A stretch of 64,000 nucleotides of DNA from an uncultured delta proteobacterium (GCA_963716725.1 CAVQUB010000005.1:160001-224000), one strand, 5' to 3'. Positions 47,202 through 57,612 are shown, counted from the first letter of the stretch. A program made the numbers and translations. Notes: a model not told the origin generated them from the letters alone.

Positions 47202-49073
47202 ATGGCGGAGCAGATCGATCTGGCGACGACTCCGGCCAGCGTCGCCGATTTTCTGACCCGCCACCCTTGGCCGCGCGATTTGCTCGAACACGGTCGTCCG
47301 CTCGAGTTTCTCTGGCACTTCGACCTGATCGCGACCCCCAGCGAGGCCTGGGGCTTCATCAGCGACACCTCGAGGCTGAACCGCGCCATGGGCGTCAGCC
47401 GGATGCACTTCGAAGAGCGCGAGGGCGCCTTGCACGGTCGGGCGACGAACGGCGGATTCTTGCAAGAGTGGGTCGAGGTGCCGTGGACCTGGGTAGCCGA
47501 GCGCGAGATGAGCTCGGTGCGACTCTACAGCCGCGGGTTTGCGCACTCGGTCCGGGGCATCTTCGAGATCACTGCGATCGGCGAGCGCACCCGCGTGTCG
47601 GTGTATTTCGGCTGGGTCCCCCGGGGCTTCTGGCAGCGCTGGCTGCTCGGCGTCGGCATGCGCTCCCTCGAACGGCAGTTCGCTCGCGTGATTCAGGAGG
47701 CCGAGGCGAGCATTGCGGACACGCGACGCGCGTCGATGCCCTTCGTCGCCATGGCCGCGCCGCTGTCGCCCGACGCGGCAGAGCGATTGCAAGCGTTGGG
47801 CGCGCGCCTGACCGCCGACGGCGTCGATGAGCGTCTCGTCTCGCGCCTCGCTGAATACCTGAGGACCGCCGACGAGATGGACCTGGTGCGCATCCAGGCA
47901 CTTCCGCTGGCGCGTCGCTGGCGAGTGGACGAGGACGCGGTGCTCGATGCCTTTCTCAAGGCGACGCGGGTCGGTCTCTTGGACCTGTCGTGGGACGTCA
48001 TTTGCCCTCACTGTCGGGGTGTCCGCTCGGATCTGCGGACCCTGGGCGAGGTGCCTCGCAAGGGGGACTGCGGGGTGTGCGACGTCGACTTCGAGACCGA
48101 CGCCGAAAACGCCATCGAGGTGACCTTCCACGTTCACCCGTCCATCCGCGCCGTAGAGCGCGTGTTCTACTGCAGCGCCGAGCCGGCCTTCAAGGCGCAC
48201 ATCAAGCTGCAGCAGATCGTGCCCGCGGGGGAGCGGCTGCGTATTCCCACGGCGCTGGGGCCCGGTCGCTATCGCCTTCGAGTCTCGGGAGTCGGGACCG
48301 CGACGACGCTCGACGTCGAGCCCGACGCGGCTGAGAGGCAGGCCCTGTGGAAGCCTCACGCTTCGGCGTTGCCCAGTGTCGGCTCGGCCCCCGAGCTGGT
48401 GCTCGAGAACGACAGCGATCAGGCCCGGACCTTCGTCGTCGAGACCCCGACTTGGTCCGACGACGCGCTTCGACCGGCGCGGCTGCTGAGCTTTCAGCGA
48501 TTTCGGGATCTGTTCACCGAAGAGTACGTCGGCTCCGACGTGCAGCTCTCGGTGGGGAGCCAGACCATTCTCTTCACCGACGTGGTGGGGTCCACCAAGC
48601 TCTATGCCACCCGGGGTGATCCCGGCGCCTTCATGGACGTGAAGCGTCACTTCTCGGAGATCCTCGAGGTCGTGCAGACGAACCACGGCGCCGTCGTGAA
48701 GACCATCGGCGACGCCGTGATGGCGGCGTTCCCCAGCGCGGCTGATGCGCTCTCGGCTGCGGAATCCATCCAGTTGCGGCTGCCGCCGGATCGCGAAGAT
48801 CTGCGCATCCGCGTGCGGGCCAGCTTGAACACCGGTCCCTGCATCGCCGTGAACTTGAATACGAACATGGACTACTTCGGCAACACCGTGAACGTCGCGG
48901 CAAAGCTCCAAGCCTGCGCTGAGGCGGGCCAGGTGGCGTTTCCGGCCAGCCTCGTCGAGCAGCCGGGCGTGCGCGCCTTGCTCGAGGCTCGGAAAGCCAA
49001 GCTGAACGAGCGCAGCTTCGAGACAGCAGGTTCCAGCGCGTTCGGCGTGCTCACCTGGGACGTCAGTCCCTGA
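47202..49073 (+). CDS. Class III adenylate/guanylate cyclase with SRPBCC-like and DUF5939-like domains
   Basis: WDVICPHC...CGVC; LFTDVVGST, VKTIGDAVMA, DYFGNTVNVAAKL. Confidence 0.9.
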   Translation: MAEQIDLATTPASVADFLTRHPWPRDLLEHGRPLEFLWHFDLIATPSEAWGFISDTSRLNRAMGVSRMHFEEREGALHGRATNGGFLQEWVEVPWTWVAEREMSSVRLYSRGFAHSVRGIFEITAIGERTRVSVYFGWVPRGFWQRWLLGVGMRSLERQFARVIQEAEASIADTRRASMPFVAMAAPLSPDAAERLQALGARLTADGVDERLVSRLAEYLRTADEMDLVRIQALPLARRWRVDEDAVLDAFLKATRVGLLDLSWDVICPHCRGVRSDLRTLGEVPRKGDCGVCDVDFETDAENAIEVTFHVHPSIRAVERVFYCSAEPAFKAHIKLQQIVPAGERLRIPTALGPGRYRLRVSGVGTATTLDVEPDAAERQALWKPHASALPSVGSAPELVLENDSDQARTFVVETPTWSDDALRPARLLSFQRFRDLFTEEYVGSDVQLSVGSQTILFTDVVGSTKLYATRGDPGAFMDVKRHFSEILEVVQTNHGAVVKTIGDAVMAAFPSAADALSAAESIQLRLPPDREDLRIRVRASLNTGPCIAVNLNTNMDYFGNTVNVAAKLQACAEAGQVAFPASLVEQPGVRALLEARKAKLNERSFETAGSSAFGVLTWDVSP

Positions 49074-49089
49074 ATTCGGCGCCTCGTCC

Positions 49090-49806
49090 TTGACTCATGC
49101 AGAGGGCGAGTTACGAGACCAGCTCTTGACCACGAACGCGCAGGCCTCCGCTCTCTCGACCCTCGCGGGCGTTCCGCCGCGCCTGCGCCACGCCGTGTTC
49201 GCCCTGATCGCGCTCTTGGCTATCGGCAACGCGGTCGGCACGGCGCTCTCGCCCTATCTGGTGGTGAAGTATCCACTACTGCTGGTGGTGATCTCGCCCG
49301 AAGGCCGCCACGTGGTCCTCGCCACGAGCGGCGTGGGCCCCGAGTTGCTGGTCGCCGTCGGCACCTTGCGCCGCCTTCTGGGCATCATCGGAGGCTTCGG
49401 TCTGGGCTTGATGTACGGAGAGGCCGCGGTGCGCTGGGCCGAGCAACGCGCGCCGCGTTTCGCGCGAATCATCTTGTTTGTGGAGCGCGCCTTCGGGCGC
49501 TTCGGGCTCTATCTGCTCTTCTTCATTCCGCTGCCCTCCATCGGTGTCTTGGCCGGCGCGGCGCGGACGCGCTTCCCGCTGGTAGTTCTGGTGGGTGCTC
49601 TCGGCCAGGCGGTGTGGATGACGCTCACGGTGTTCTTCGGTGAGGCCATATCGGCGTGGACCCAACCGGTCCTCACGTTCTTCTCGCGCTACCTGATCGA
49701 GAGCACGATCGTCGCCGCGGCGCTGGTGGGCTTGCAGCAACTCGTGGCGTACCAGCGACGCAAGCGCGCCCGGCCTCCGGAGGCCACTCCGGACGGCTCG
49801 GGCTGA
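49090..49806 (+). CDS. DedA/VTT-like membrane protein
   Basis: Multiple TM helices; ERAFGRFG...LAGA pattern. Start uncertain. Confidence 0.55.
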   Translation: MTHAEGELRDQLLTTNAQASALSTLAGVPPRLRHAVFALIALLAIGNAVGTALSPYLVVKYPLLLVVISPEGRHVVLATSGVGPELLVAVGTLRRLLGIIGGFGLGLMYGEAAVRWAEQRAPRFARIILFVERAFGRFGLYLLFFIPLPSIGVLAGAARTRFPLVVLVGALGQAVWMTLTVFFGEAISAWTQPVLTFFSRYLIESTIVAAALVGLQQLVAYQRRKRARPPEATPDGSG

Positions 49807-49818
49807 ACCCGAGGGAAC

Positions 49819-52800
49819 TCACTCGCCGCCGACGAACTCCCAATCCGCCGCGAAGTCTTCACCCTTGGGCGTGGACAGCGCCTCGCCCTTGGGTCCGTCG
49901 CGGCGCACCACGATGGTGTGGCGGCTCGCGGTGTCTTCGTTTTCGCGAGCGACCACGGTGACGACGTTCATGCCCGGGTTGAGCATTGCGTCGAAGCCGA
50001 ACTTCAGCTTGAGCTGATCGGCCCCTTTGCGGTTCGACTGGTAGTAGACCTTGTGCGCGCCGACGAAGACGTACACGTCGAGCACGCGATCGCCGTCGGT
50101 GGCGGTCCCTTCGATCTTGACCTTGTCCCCGCGCATGGACAACGCAGTCGGCTCGAGGGTGATCAGCGGTGGCGAGTGGCTCAAATGCGCCTTGAAGCTG
50201 GGCTTGCCCGCCCCGGCCCCGTCCTTGAGCGCCGTCGTCTCGACGAAGCCGAAGCGCTCTCCGTCGATGCGCACCTTGGTGAAGGCCGCGAAGGTTCCAA
50301 GTCGATCCACCACCGATCCCTTCGCCAGCTCGCCGACGACGACAGCGCTCGCCTGCGGCTGCCCGCGGACCTGAGCTGGTTGCTCGACGCTGACCTTGCC
50401 GGTCGCTTGGTTGATGAAGACCCCGGAGCGAGTGACGGGGATCACGATCTTCTCGCTCGAGACGACCCTGAGATCGCGATCCGCCATGCTCATCTCGAGC
50501 TTGGCAAAGTTGTCGGTGAGCCCGTCGAGCACGTCGAAGGAGAACGCGACCTCACGCACATCGCCGGGGTTCATACTGGGCAGCTCGAAGCGTCCGCCGC
50601 GCAGCAACAGCCCGTCTCCGGTCAGGTTCCTGATGTTGGCTTGCGTCTCGAATGACTTCCCAGTGCCGACGTTCTTCACCGTCAGGTAGACCGTGACGCC
50701 TTCACCGCGCTGCACCTGCCCATCGCCGTTGGCCGAGCGGTTGTCGGTCACCTGGTACGAAAACGCGAAGGCCGGCCGCGGGAGGCTCTGCACGGTCGGG
50801 CGCAGCTCCTGGTCCTTTGGCGGAGCGCCGCCCTCACCGAAGAAGCGCACCTTGACCACGTCTTGTCGGGTGGTGGCATCTACCGGGATCTTGCACACGC
50901 GCTTGGCGTCGGTGGGCAGCGGCTTGGTGCTCCCGGGCTTGCGGCCGTCGAGCTCGCACCAGCCGAAGGGCACCGTTGCCGTGCGCGATTTTCCGGGTTC
51001 GAGCTTGCCGAAGGCCAGCTCCTTCTCGTCGTAGTAGCCGCCGTCGCTCTTGGTCACGGCCCGCAGCTGATGAATGGGCTCGGTCCCGTTGTTCTTCACG
51101 GTGACCTTCAGGTTCATGGGTTCGCCCGCGGTCACGGTGTCGCCCTTGCGATCGGTCTCGAGTTTGACCTCGAAATCGCCAGCCGCCGGGCCCTTGGCGT
51201 CCTTCGCTGGGGCGCTCCAGTCGATGCCGAGCTTCTGGAGATCGGCGCTGATGGCCTGGATCTGACCGTCCTGCGCCTTCTCGATCACCGGCTTGGCCGC
51301 CCGGAGCTGGTCCGGTCGTTTGCCCTGCGGCAGCTTGCCGACCAGGTCGCGCCCGAAGGCGATGGGGAAGTCCAGCTGGAACTCGTCTTCGAGATCGCCG
51401 CCGAGGTCGCGCATCTTCGCGCGCTCGGTCTCGGGCAGGTTGTAGCGCAGCTTGTAGTTCGGCCGGTCGCTCGATCGGCGGCTCGCTCCGCCCAAGCTCT
51501 TCGTGAGGTCGCGCTCGCGCACGGGGCTCTCTTCGCTGTAGAGGTCCATCTCGAGCGTATCGGCGGTCATCGGATCGAGCTGCACGTCGGGCGCAACGCC
51601 CACACCCTGGATCGACACGTCGCCCGGAGTCAGGTACTGCGCGATGGTCAGCTTGAGCGCCGCGCCGTCGGGGGTGATGCGCGGGAACACCAGCTGCACG
51701 GTGCCCTTGCCGAAACTGGTCTGGCCGACGATGACCGCCCGCTCTTGGTTCTTGAGCGCGCCGGAGACGATCTCACTGGCGCTGGCGCTCGATCCACTCT
51801 GCAAGACCACGATGGGGTAGTTCGGCTCGGTGCCCCGAGGCGTAGCCTTCTTTTCTTCACGGCCCTCGGCCGCGCCCACGGTTGCCACGATCGGGCCGTT
51901 CTCGAGGAACTTGTCGGCGACCTTCGCCGCCTGATCGAGCAGGCCTCCGGGGTTGCCGCGCAGATCGAGCACCAGCCCCTTGAGGGCTTCGCCCTTGGAC
52001 AGCGCCGAGAGCGCCGCGTCGAGCTCGTCGGCCGTGCTCGACTGAAACTGCTTCAGGCGCACGTAGCCGATGCCCGGCGCCAGCGAGCGGTAGTCCACGC
52101 TCTTGATGCGGATCTCTTCCCGCGTGAGCTCGAAGGGGCGCGACCCTTGCCAGCCCTCGGTGCCGTCGCGGTGCACCCAGATGGTGACCTTGGAGCCGGG
52201 CTTGCCCCGCAAGCGCTTGACCGCGTCGTCCAGCGGCATGTTGAGCGTCGACTCGTTGTTGATCTTCATGATGCGGTCGAGCCGCTTCAGCCCCGCACGA
52301 CCCGCCGGCGTGTCGGGCATGGGGCGCATGATGGTGAGCTGCTGATCGCGAATGGAGATGACGATGCCGAGCCCGCCGAAGTGCCCCGACGTGGAGAGGT
52401 TCATCTCCTTGTAGGCCTCGGGGCTCAAGAAGACGCTGTGGGGATCGAGCGTGCGCAGCATGCCGTTGCAGGCCGCGTACTCGATGTCACGCAGATCGAC
52501 CTCGGTGTCCTTGAGGTTCGACTGGAGGAAGGCGAAGACCTCGCGCAGCCGTGCCGCCACGTCCCACGGGCCTTGGATGTTGTCGACGCGGAAATCCTTC
52601 TCTTCGGTGTCGACCCGCACCTTGACGGTTGGCGACTTTTCTTCGTGAAGGATGATGACCTGCGCGACCTCTTTCTGAACCTGGTTCAACGCACTCAAGA
52701 ACATCTGCTGGGGTTTGACGCGCCCGGGATCGACGTACTTGTCGCGGATGGTCTTGAGCGTCTCGTTGACGGCGGTGAGCTGCGTCAGATCGTAGGGGAC

Positions 52801-52947
52801 CTTGGCGCCGCCCGGCGCGCCGACCGCGTGGGCCGCCTCGAGCCCCTTCCAGAGGCCGCCAGTGCCGAACTGGAGCGCGAAATACGAGGCGAGGGCGAAC
52901 ACCCCCAGAACGACGACCGCGCGGCCGAGCCGCTCCAGAATTCGCAT
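49819..52947 (-). CDS. S41 tail-specific (Ctp) serine protease, long myxobacterial type
   Basis: LDPHS, GGLGI (PDZ), DLRGNPGG, SASASEI, SFGKG; long C-terminal extension. Confidence 0.93.
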   Translation of the reverse strand: MRILERLGRAVVVLGVFALASYFALQFGTGGLWKGLEAAHAVGAPGGAKVPYDLTQLTAVNETLKTIRDKYVDPGRVKPQQMFLSALNQVQKEVAQVIILHEEKSPTVKVRVDTEEKDFRVDNIQGPWDVAARLREVFAFLQSNLKDTEVDLRDIEYAACNGMLRTLDPHSVFLSPEAYKEMNLSTSGHFGGLGIVISIRDQQLTIMRPMPDTPAGRAGLKRLDRIMKINNESTLNMPLDDAVKRLRGKPGSKVTIWVHRDGTEGWQGSRPFELTREEIRIKSVDYRSLAPGIGYVRLKQFQSSTADELDAALSALSKGEALKGLVLDLRGNPGGLLDQAAKVADKFLENGPIVATVGAAEGREEKKATPRGTEPNYPIVVLQSGSSASASEIVSGALKNQERAVIVGQTSFGKGTVQLVFPRITPDGAALKLTIAQYLTPGDVSIQGVGVAPDVQLDPMTADTLEMDLYSEESPVRERDLTKSLGGASRRSSDRPNYKLRYNLPETERAKMRDLGGDLEDEFQLDFPIAFGRDLVGKLPQGKRPDQLRAAKPVIEKAQDGQIQAISADLQKLGIDWSAPAKDAKGPAAGDFEVKLETDRKGDTVTAGEPMNLKVTVKNNGTEPIHQLRAVTKSDGGYYDEKELAFGKLEPGKSRTATVPFGWCELDGRKPGSTKPLPTDAKRVCKIPVDATTRQDVVKVRFFGEGGAPPKDQELRPTVQSLPRPAFAFSYQVTDNRSANGDGQVQRGEGVTVYLTVKNVGTGKSFETQANIRNLTGDGLLLRGGRFELPSMNPGDVREVAFSFDVLDGLTDNFAKLEMSMADRDLRVVSSEKIVIPVTRSGVFINQATGKVSVEQPAQVRGQPQASAVVVGELAKGSVVDRLGTFAAFTKVRIDGERFGFVETTALKDGAGAGKPSFKAHLSHSPPLITLEPTALSMRGDKVKIEGTATDGDRVLDVYVFVGAHKVYYQSNRKGADQLKLKFGFDAMLNPGMNVVTVVARENEDTASRHTIVVRRDGPKGEALSTPKGEDFAADWEFVGGE

Positions 52948-53050
52948 CGGAGCGGCAGTATAGAACGAGGAATCGAGTTCAGCCGCTTCGTTGCAGGGCC
53001 CCCGTCTTTCTTCGGGAAACCCGCCAAACTCCCTGTTACCCTGCGCCGCG

Positions 53051-53497
53051 ATGTCCCTGAGCTGCCCCCGCGACCAGAGCCCGCTCACGCCCCAGACCTA
53101 CGAGGCCAAGATCGAAGTCGATGCCTGCCCGAGCTGTCGGGGCGTGTGGCTCGACAAGGGCGAGCTCGAAGCCATCCAGGAAGCCAAAGAGAACGACTAC
53201 TCGAAGACCTTGGCGGACCTGCCCGACTCCGTGGCCCGGAGCGTCAACAAGGTCGCGCAGACCCACAGCGGGCCCGTCGCTTGCCCCAAGTGCGGCACCG
53301 AGATGGACGTGCGCGAGTACGCCTACTGCTCCCAGATCATGATCGATGCCTGCCCGGAGGGGTGTGGCATCTGGCTCGACGTGGGCGAGCTGCAGGCGCT
53401 CGAGAAGTTCTTCGAGCAGAGCCAGGCCGAAGCGGGCGATCTGATCCCGCTGCGCTGGCGGCTGTGGGCGACGCTCTCCGGCGTATTCCGCAAGTGA
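53051..53497 (+). CDS. Double zf-TFIIB zinc-ribbon protein
   Basis: CPRD...CPSCRGVWLDKGEL and CPKC...CPEGCGIWLDVGEL. Confidence 0.85.
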   Translation: MSLSCPRDQSPLTPQTYEAKIEVDACPSCRGVWLDKGELEAIQEAKENDYSKTLADLPDSVARSVNKVAQTHSGPVACPKCGTEMDVREYAYCSQIMIDACPEGCGIWLDVGELQALEKFFEQSQAEAGDLIPLRWRLWATLSGVFRK

Positions 53498-53564
53498 AGG
53501 CGCGGGTGCGCGAGGGCGAGGTCGAGGACACGGCCACGCTCCACGGGTGTAGCCTGACGGCGTC

Positions 53565-54272
53565 ATGATGCGCCACGGACTTTGGATTGGCGTTGCGCTG
53601 GTGCTCGTCGCAGCCTGTCGCGATCGAGCGAGCCCCAGCTCGTCGCCGCCCGGCACGTCGGCCGCGTCTGCGCCGTCGACTCTCTCAACTGCGCCGAGCG
53701 CGCCATCGCCCACGGCCCCGTCGCCGGACTCGGTCTGCACCAGGGACGACGAGTGCGCGGTCGCGCGCATCGCCGTGGCGGGCAAGTACGCGTGTTGTCC
53801 GGCCTGTGAGACGACGCCGGGCACCCGTCGCTGGCACGCGACGCTCCAACGTCACTGCGCAGCGCAGCCGCCGACGGACTGCTTCCCCCTCGCGTGTCCG
53901 CAAGGGCCGACGCGAGCTGTCTGTCGCGAAGGACGATGCCAGGCGACAGCTGACGGACCCGATGGAGGCCCCGCCTTCGTCCAGGTGGAGCGACGCTGCC
54001 TGCCAGCGCTGGTGTGTGATTCTTGGGCGGGTTGCACCCTCGCGATCGGCAACGCACAGGACGGATGGTTCGTGCACGAGTCGGAGCGAGCATCACGCGG
54101 CGAGATCGTCGGTCTCGCTCGGGTCGCCACGACCGACGGAGGGGTGGCAGAAGCGTTTCGGCTGAGCCCCCGTGACGTCAAATGCCTGCCGCACGGCGTG
54201 CCTCCGGTGCTCTCGCCGCCGCCGTCGTGCACGGAGGTCGACGGGCACTGCCGACCGGCCGGCGGCAGCTGA
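53565..54272 (+). CDS. Cys-rich lipoprotein with Ser/Pro/Thr linker
   Basis: Lipobox VAA-C. Confidence 0.7.
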   Translation: MMRHGLWIGVALVLVAACRDRASPSSSPPGTSAASAPSTLSTAPSAPSPTAPSPDSVCTRDDECAVARIAVAGKYACCPACETTPGTRRWHATLQRHCAAQPPTDCFPLACPQGPTRAVCREGRCQATADGPDGGPAFVQVERRCLPALVCDSWAGCTLAIGNAQDGWFVHESERASRGEIVGLARVATTDGGVAEAFRLSPRDVKCLPHGVPPVLSPPPSCTEVDGHCRPAGGS

Positions 54273-54877
54273 TTCTCGCGCTCGAGAACCCGCGCATACT
54301 GTCCGTGCATGTCACGCGCCCTCGTCGCCGCGTCCATCGTAACGGTCGGCTCGCTCGTCGGCTGCGGTGACGAAGGCGATGGCGTCGTCGTCGCCCTCGC
54401 CTGGGCTTGTCCAGTACAGAATGCTCTGGCACGACGCCGGAACGAGGTGAATACGCGCAGCGATGTAGTGACCGAACTCGTGCGCTGGCGCGCCCAAGGG
54501 TGAGGTTTCGTCGAGCGCCTCGCCAAGGCGCTGGTCCATGCGCGCGGTGGCGCATTCTGCCTCGCGTGACGGTCAGCAGCGGCAACCCGAGCTCAGTCAG
54601 CCACCCAGACCTAACTCTCGACCTCTGACCGCCACGCGCGTGCCCTTGGGCTCGGTGGCCTTTGGCAGTTCGTTCTTCCTACGCGCTCGTTCTTCCTACG
54701 CGCCAGCACGACGAGAAACCGCCCGTGCCACATCATGGGCCCAGCCCCATTCTCGGGTCCGCGTTGGCCGCGCGGGGGCGGCTCAGGCTGGGCATTCGGT
54801 CGTTCTGATGCAAAAATCTGGAGCATGAAGCTCACTCGCCGACGCCCGCTGTCCGCGCCGCAGCGGCTGGCCTCGCC

Positions 54878-55673
54878 ATGACTCCCGGGCAGCTGCACGA
54901 GGTCTGGGCGATGCTCGACCGCGAGCACCTGGCGCAGGTGGCGCGCAGGGGACCGACTCCGATCTTCGCCACCATCAGCGGCGCTCATCTCTACGGGTTC
55001 GCCTCGCCGGACAGCGATGTCGACCTGCGCGGCGCCTTCATGCTGACCGCACGCGAGATGCTCGGCCTGCACCCGCCGTCGGAGACGATCACGATCGACG
55101 ACAAGAGCAGCATCGACCTCGACTGGGTGGCGCACGACATTCGCAAGTTCGCACGCTTGATGACCAACCACAACGGCTACGTCCTCGAACAGCTCTTCTC
55201 TCCTTTGGTGGTGATCTCGACTCCGCACCACGAAGAGCTGATCGAGCTCGGCAAGGGCTGCGTCACCCGGCCGACAGCGCGGCACTACCAGGGCTTTGCC
55301 CGGGGCCGGCGCCAGCGTCTCGCCGAGCCAGAGCCCACGGTCAAGCACCTGCTCTACGCCTACCGTGTGTTGCTCACCGGGATTCATCTCATGCAGACCG
55401 GCGAAGTGGTCGCCAACATCTTGGTGCTCAACGAGCGGTTCCGCCTCAGACGAGATCGAAGAGTTGGTGGCGCGCAAGCGAGAAGGCGCGGAGAAGATGC
55501 GGCTGGACGCGCGTGATCTCGACGAGCACGCGAGCCTGCTCGACCGCCTCGAATCCCAACTCCAGGAGGCCCACGACGCGAGCAGACTCCCCGAGGAGCC
55601 GACCTCGGCGGCTGCGCTCGATGCCTTCGTCGTCCGCCTTCGGCTTGCTGCAGCGGGCGAGGAGGCCGGCTGA
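54878..55673 (+). CDS. RlaP/YcgL-like (pol-beta superfamily) nucleotidyltransferase 1, frameshifted near 55449
   Basis: SGAHLYGFASPDSDVDLRG, NGYVLEQLFSP, KHLLYAYRVL; continues in another frame as DEIEELVARKREG. Confidence 0.85.
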
Positions 55674-56830
55674 TGTTCGATCTCGGTCAGCACACCATCT
55701 TCCTCACCCTAGCCGGCAGTCATGCCCACGGGACGGCTCGGCACGGCTCGGACATCGACTTACGCGGAGTCTGCATCGCCCCGCTGTCGCTGCGGCTCTC
55801 GCTCTTCCGTGGTTTCGAGCAGTATGAGGGTGTATTGCCGGAGGCCGTGGGCGAGGCCGTCCTCCCGGGCATCCAGGCGCATCCGAGCGCGTCACGGGCG
55901 CTCGACGGCAAGACCGAGTGCGTGATCTTCGACGTTGCGAAGTTCGTCGGCCTCTGCGCCGCCGCTAACCCGAACGCGCTCGAGATCCTGTTTGCCGATG
56001 AGCGGGACTGGGTCTTCGAGACACGCGCCTGGCGGCGGCTGTACGGCGAGCGCCACCGATTCCTCACCAAGAAGGTCCAGCAGACCTTCCTTGGCTACGC
56101 GATGGCGCAGCTCAGGAAGATCAAGACCCACCGCTCATGGCTCCTGAATCCGCCCGCCAAGAAGCCCGCCCGCGAAGACTTCGGGCTGCCTGTCGCTGGC
56201 GGCACTCTGGGCCGCGACGACCAGAGCCGCATCGAGCAGAGCGTCGCCGACAAGATCCGCAGCTACGGGATCGACAACATCGACATGCCCAAGCCGACAC
56301 GCGTCGCGGTCCAGGAACGCTTGGACTCCCTCTGCTGCGACCTGCTCTCAGCCTCGGAAGACGACCTGGAAGCGCGCATGCGAGCCGTAGCCACACGCTC
56401 GCTGAGCCTCCCGCCGGATGTCGTGGCCGCGCTGAACGCGGAGAAGAAGTACCAGGCCGCGGTGAAGCACTGGGAGGCGTTCCAGACCTGGAAGACCAAC
56501 CGCAATCCCGCTCGCGCGGAGCTCGAGCGCAAACACGGCTACGACAGCAAGCACGCGATGCACCTCGTCCGCCTCATGCGCATGGGGCTCGAGGTGCTCG
56601 AAACCGGCGCCCTCCGGGTCCGGCGTGACGATGCCGACGAGCTGTCTGCCATCCGCGACGGCGCGATGTCGTACGCGGGTCTGCTCGAACAGGCGGAAGC
56701 CCTGCGCTCCCAGATGGGAGCGGCGGTTGAGAGCTCATGCCTGCCCGACGACGTCGACTACCCCTGCATCGACGGCCTGGTCCATGAGCTGGTCATGTCT
56801 GCCGACGCCACGGGCGTGTCGTCGGGATAG
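55673..56830 (+). CDS. RlaP-like nucleotidyltransferase 2
   Basis: GSHAHG...SDIDLRG, NPNALEILF, FLGYA, GYDSKHAMHLVRL, AIRDG; TGATG coupling. Confidence 0.9.
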   Translation: MFDLGQHTIFLTLAGSHAHGTARHGSDIDLRGVCIAPLSLRLSLFRGFEQYEGVLPEAVGEAVLPGIQAHPSASRALDGKTECVIFDVAKFVGLCAAANPNALEILFADERDWVFETRAWRRLYGERHRFLTKKVQQTFLGYAMAQLRKIKTHRSWLLNPPAKKPAREDFGLPVAGGTLGRDDQSRIEQSVADKIRSYGIDNIDMPKPTRVAVQERLDSLCCDLLSASEDDLEARMRAVATRSLSLPPDVVAALNAEKKYQAAVKHWEAFQTWKTNRNPARAELERKHGYDSKHAMHLVRLMRMGLEVLETGALRVRRDDADELSAIRDGAMSYAGLLEQAEALRSQMGAAVESSCLPDDVDYPCIDGLVHELVMSADATGVSSG

Positions 56831-56869
56831 CCGTCAGCGCGCCTCGAGTCGGCGCTGCGCAGCGCTGGC

Positions 56870-57510
56870 AATGGCCCGACAGGCGGCGCTGTTCGGTGGC
56901 AGTCGAGGCTTTGGGGTAGAGCAAGTGCCTCAGCTCGCGATTGCGGAAGCCGGCGGTGGCGAATTCGCCACGTGAGATGGCGTGCAGGATCGCCAGGTCG
57001 TCGGCGTCGCCGATGCGCAGGGCGCGGAAGCGTCGGCCGCTGTCGACGACGGGGCGAGCGACGGCGTCGAAGAGGTGGGCGCACGGGGTGGTGTCGTCGA
57101 CCGCGGCGAGGGCGTCGAGGTAGCGCTCGTTGGAGCGCTGGGAAAGCTCGGCGCGACGGTGCAGGTCGGCGACGCCCTTGCGCAACGGCCGCCAGTGGAG
57201 CTTGCCGTCGGGGTCGTCGTGGGGCGGCCGCAGCACCTTGAAGTCGTTGGTCCGCGCGATGGTGGTTTCGACGCGCAGGATGCTGCCGGCCTTGTCGTAC
57301 ATCTTGATGGAGTTGCCGCGCACCCAGTGCTTGACGCGCACGCCCTCGGCGCGGTCCTTGAAGCTCGTGGTGATCTCGCCGGTGAAGTTGCCGCTGGCCT
57401 CTGCGCCCGAGAAAGCGCATCACGTCGGGGCTCTGGAAATGCTGGATCGCGGCCGGCCAGTCGGTTTCGAGCTGCTCGTCCATCAGGCGCTGCGCGAGCC
57501 GCGGATTCGA
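56870..57510 (-). pseudogene. Fragment of a mobile-element-type protein with YDK...LRVE motif and winged-helix-like tail
   Basis: DVMRFLG / GVRVKHWVRGNSIKMYDKAGSILRVETT...ERYLDAL...GFRNRELR; frameshifted and truncated at both ends. Confidence 0.55.
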
Positions 57511-57572
57511 CGCGCCCGTGCCAAGAGCGCTTCCGAGCCCTCGAAACCACGCTGACAGCGCCGCCCCGATTC

Positions 57573-57612
57573 CCATTGCCTGTTGTCTGTTGCCTGTCTC
57601 CTGTCTCCTGTT
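57573..57612. repeat. Degenerate heptamer array (same family as 36471-36511, opposite strand)
   Basis: CCATTGCCTGTTGTCTGTTGCCTGTCTCCTGTCTCCTG. Confidence 0.8.

Noticed and set aside
55440..55460. Programmed frameshift in NTase 1 (and in egtB at ~63831)
   Set aside because: No slippery sequence; a consensus error is simpler given the nearby indel cluster.
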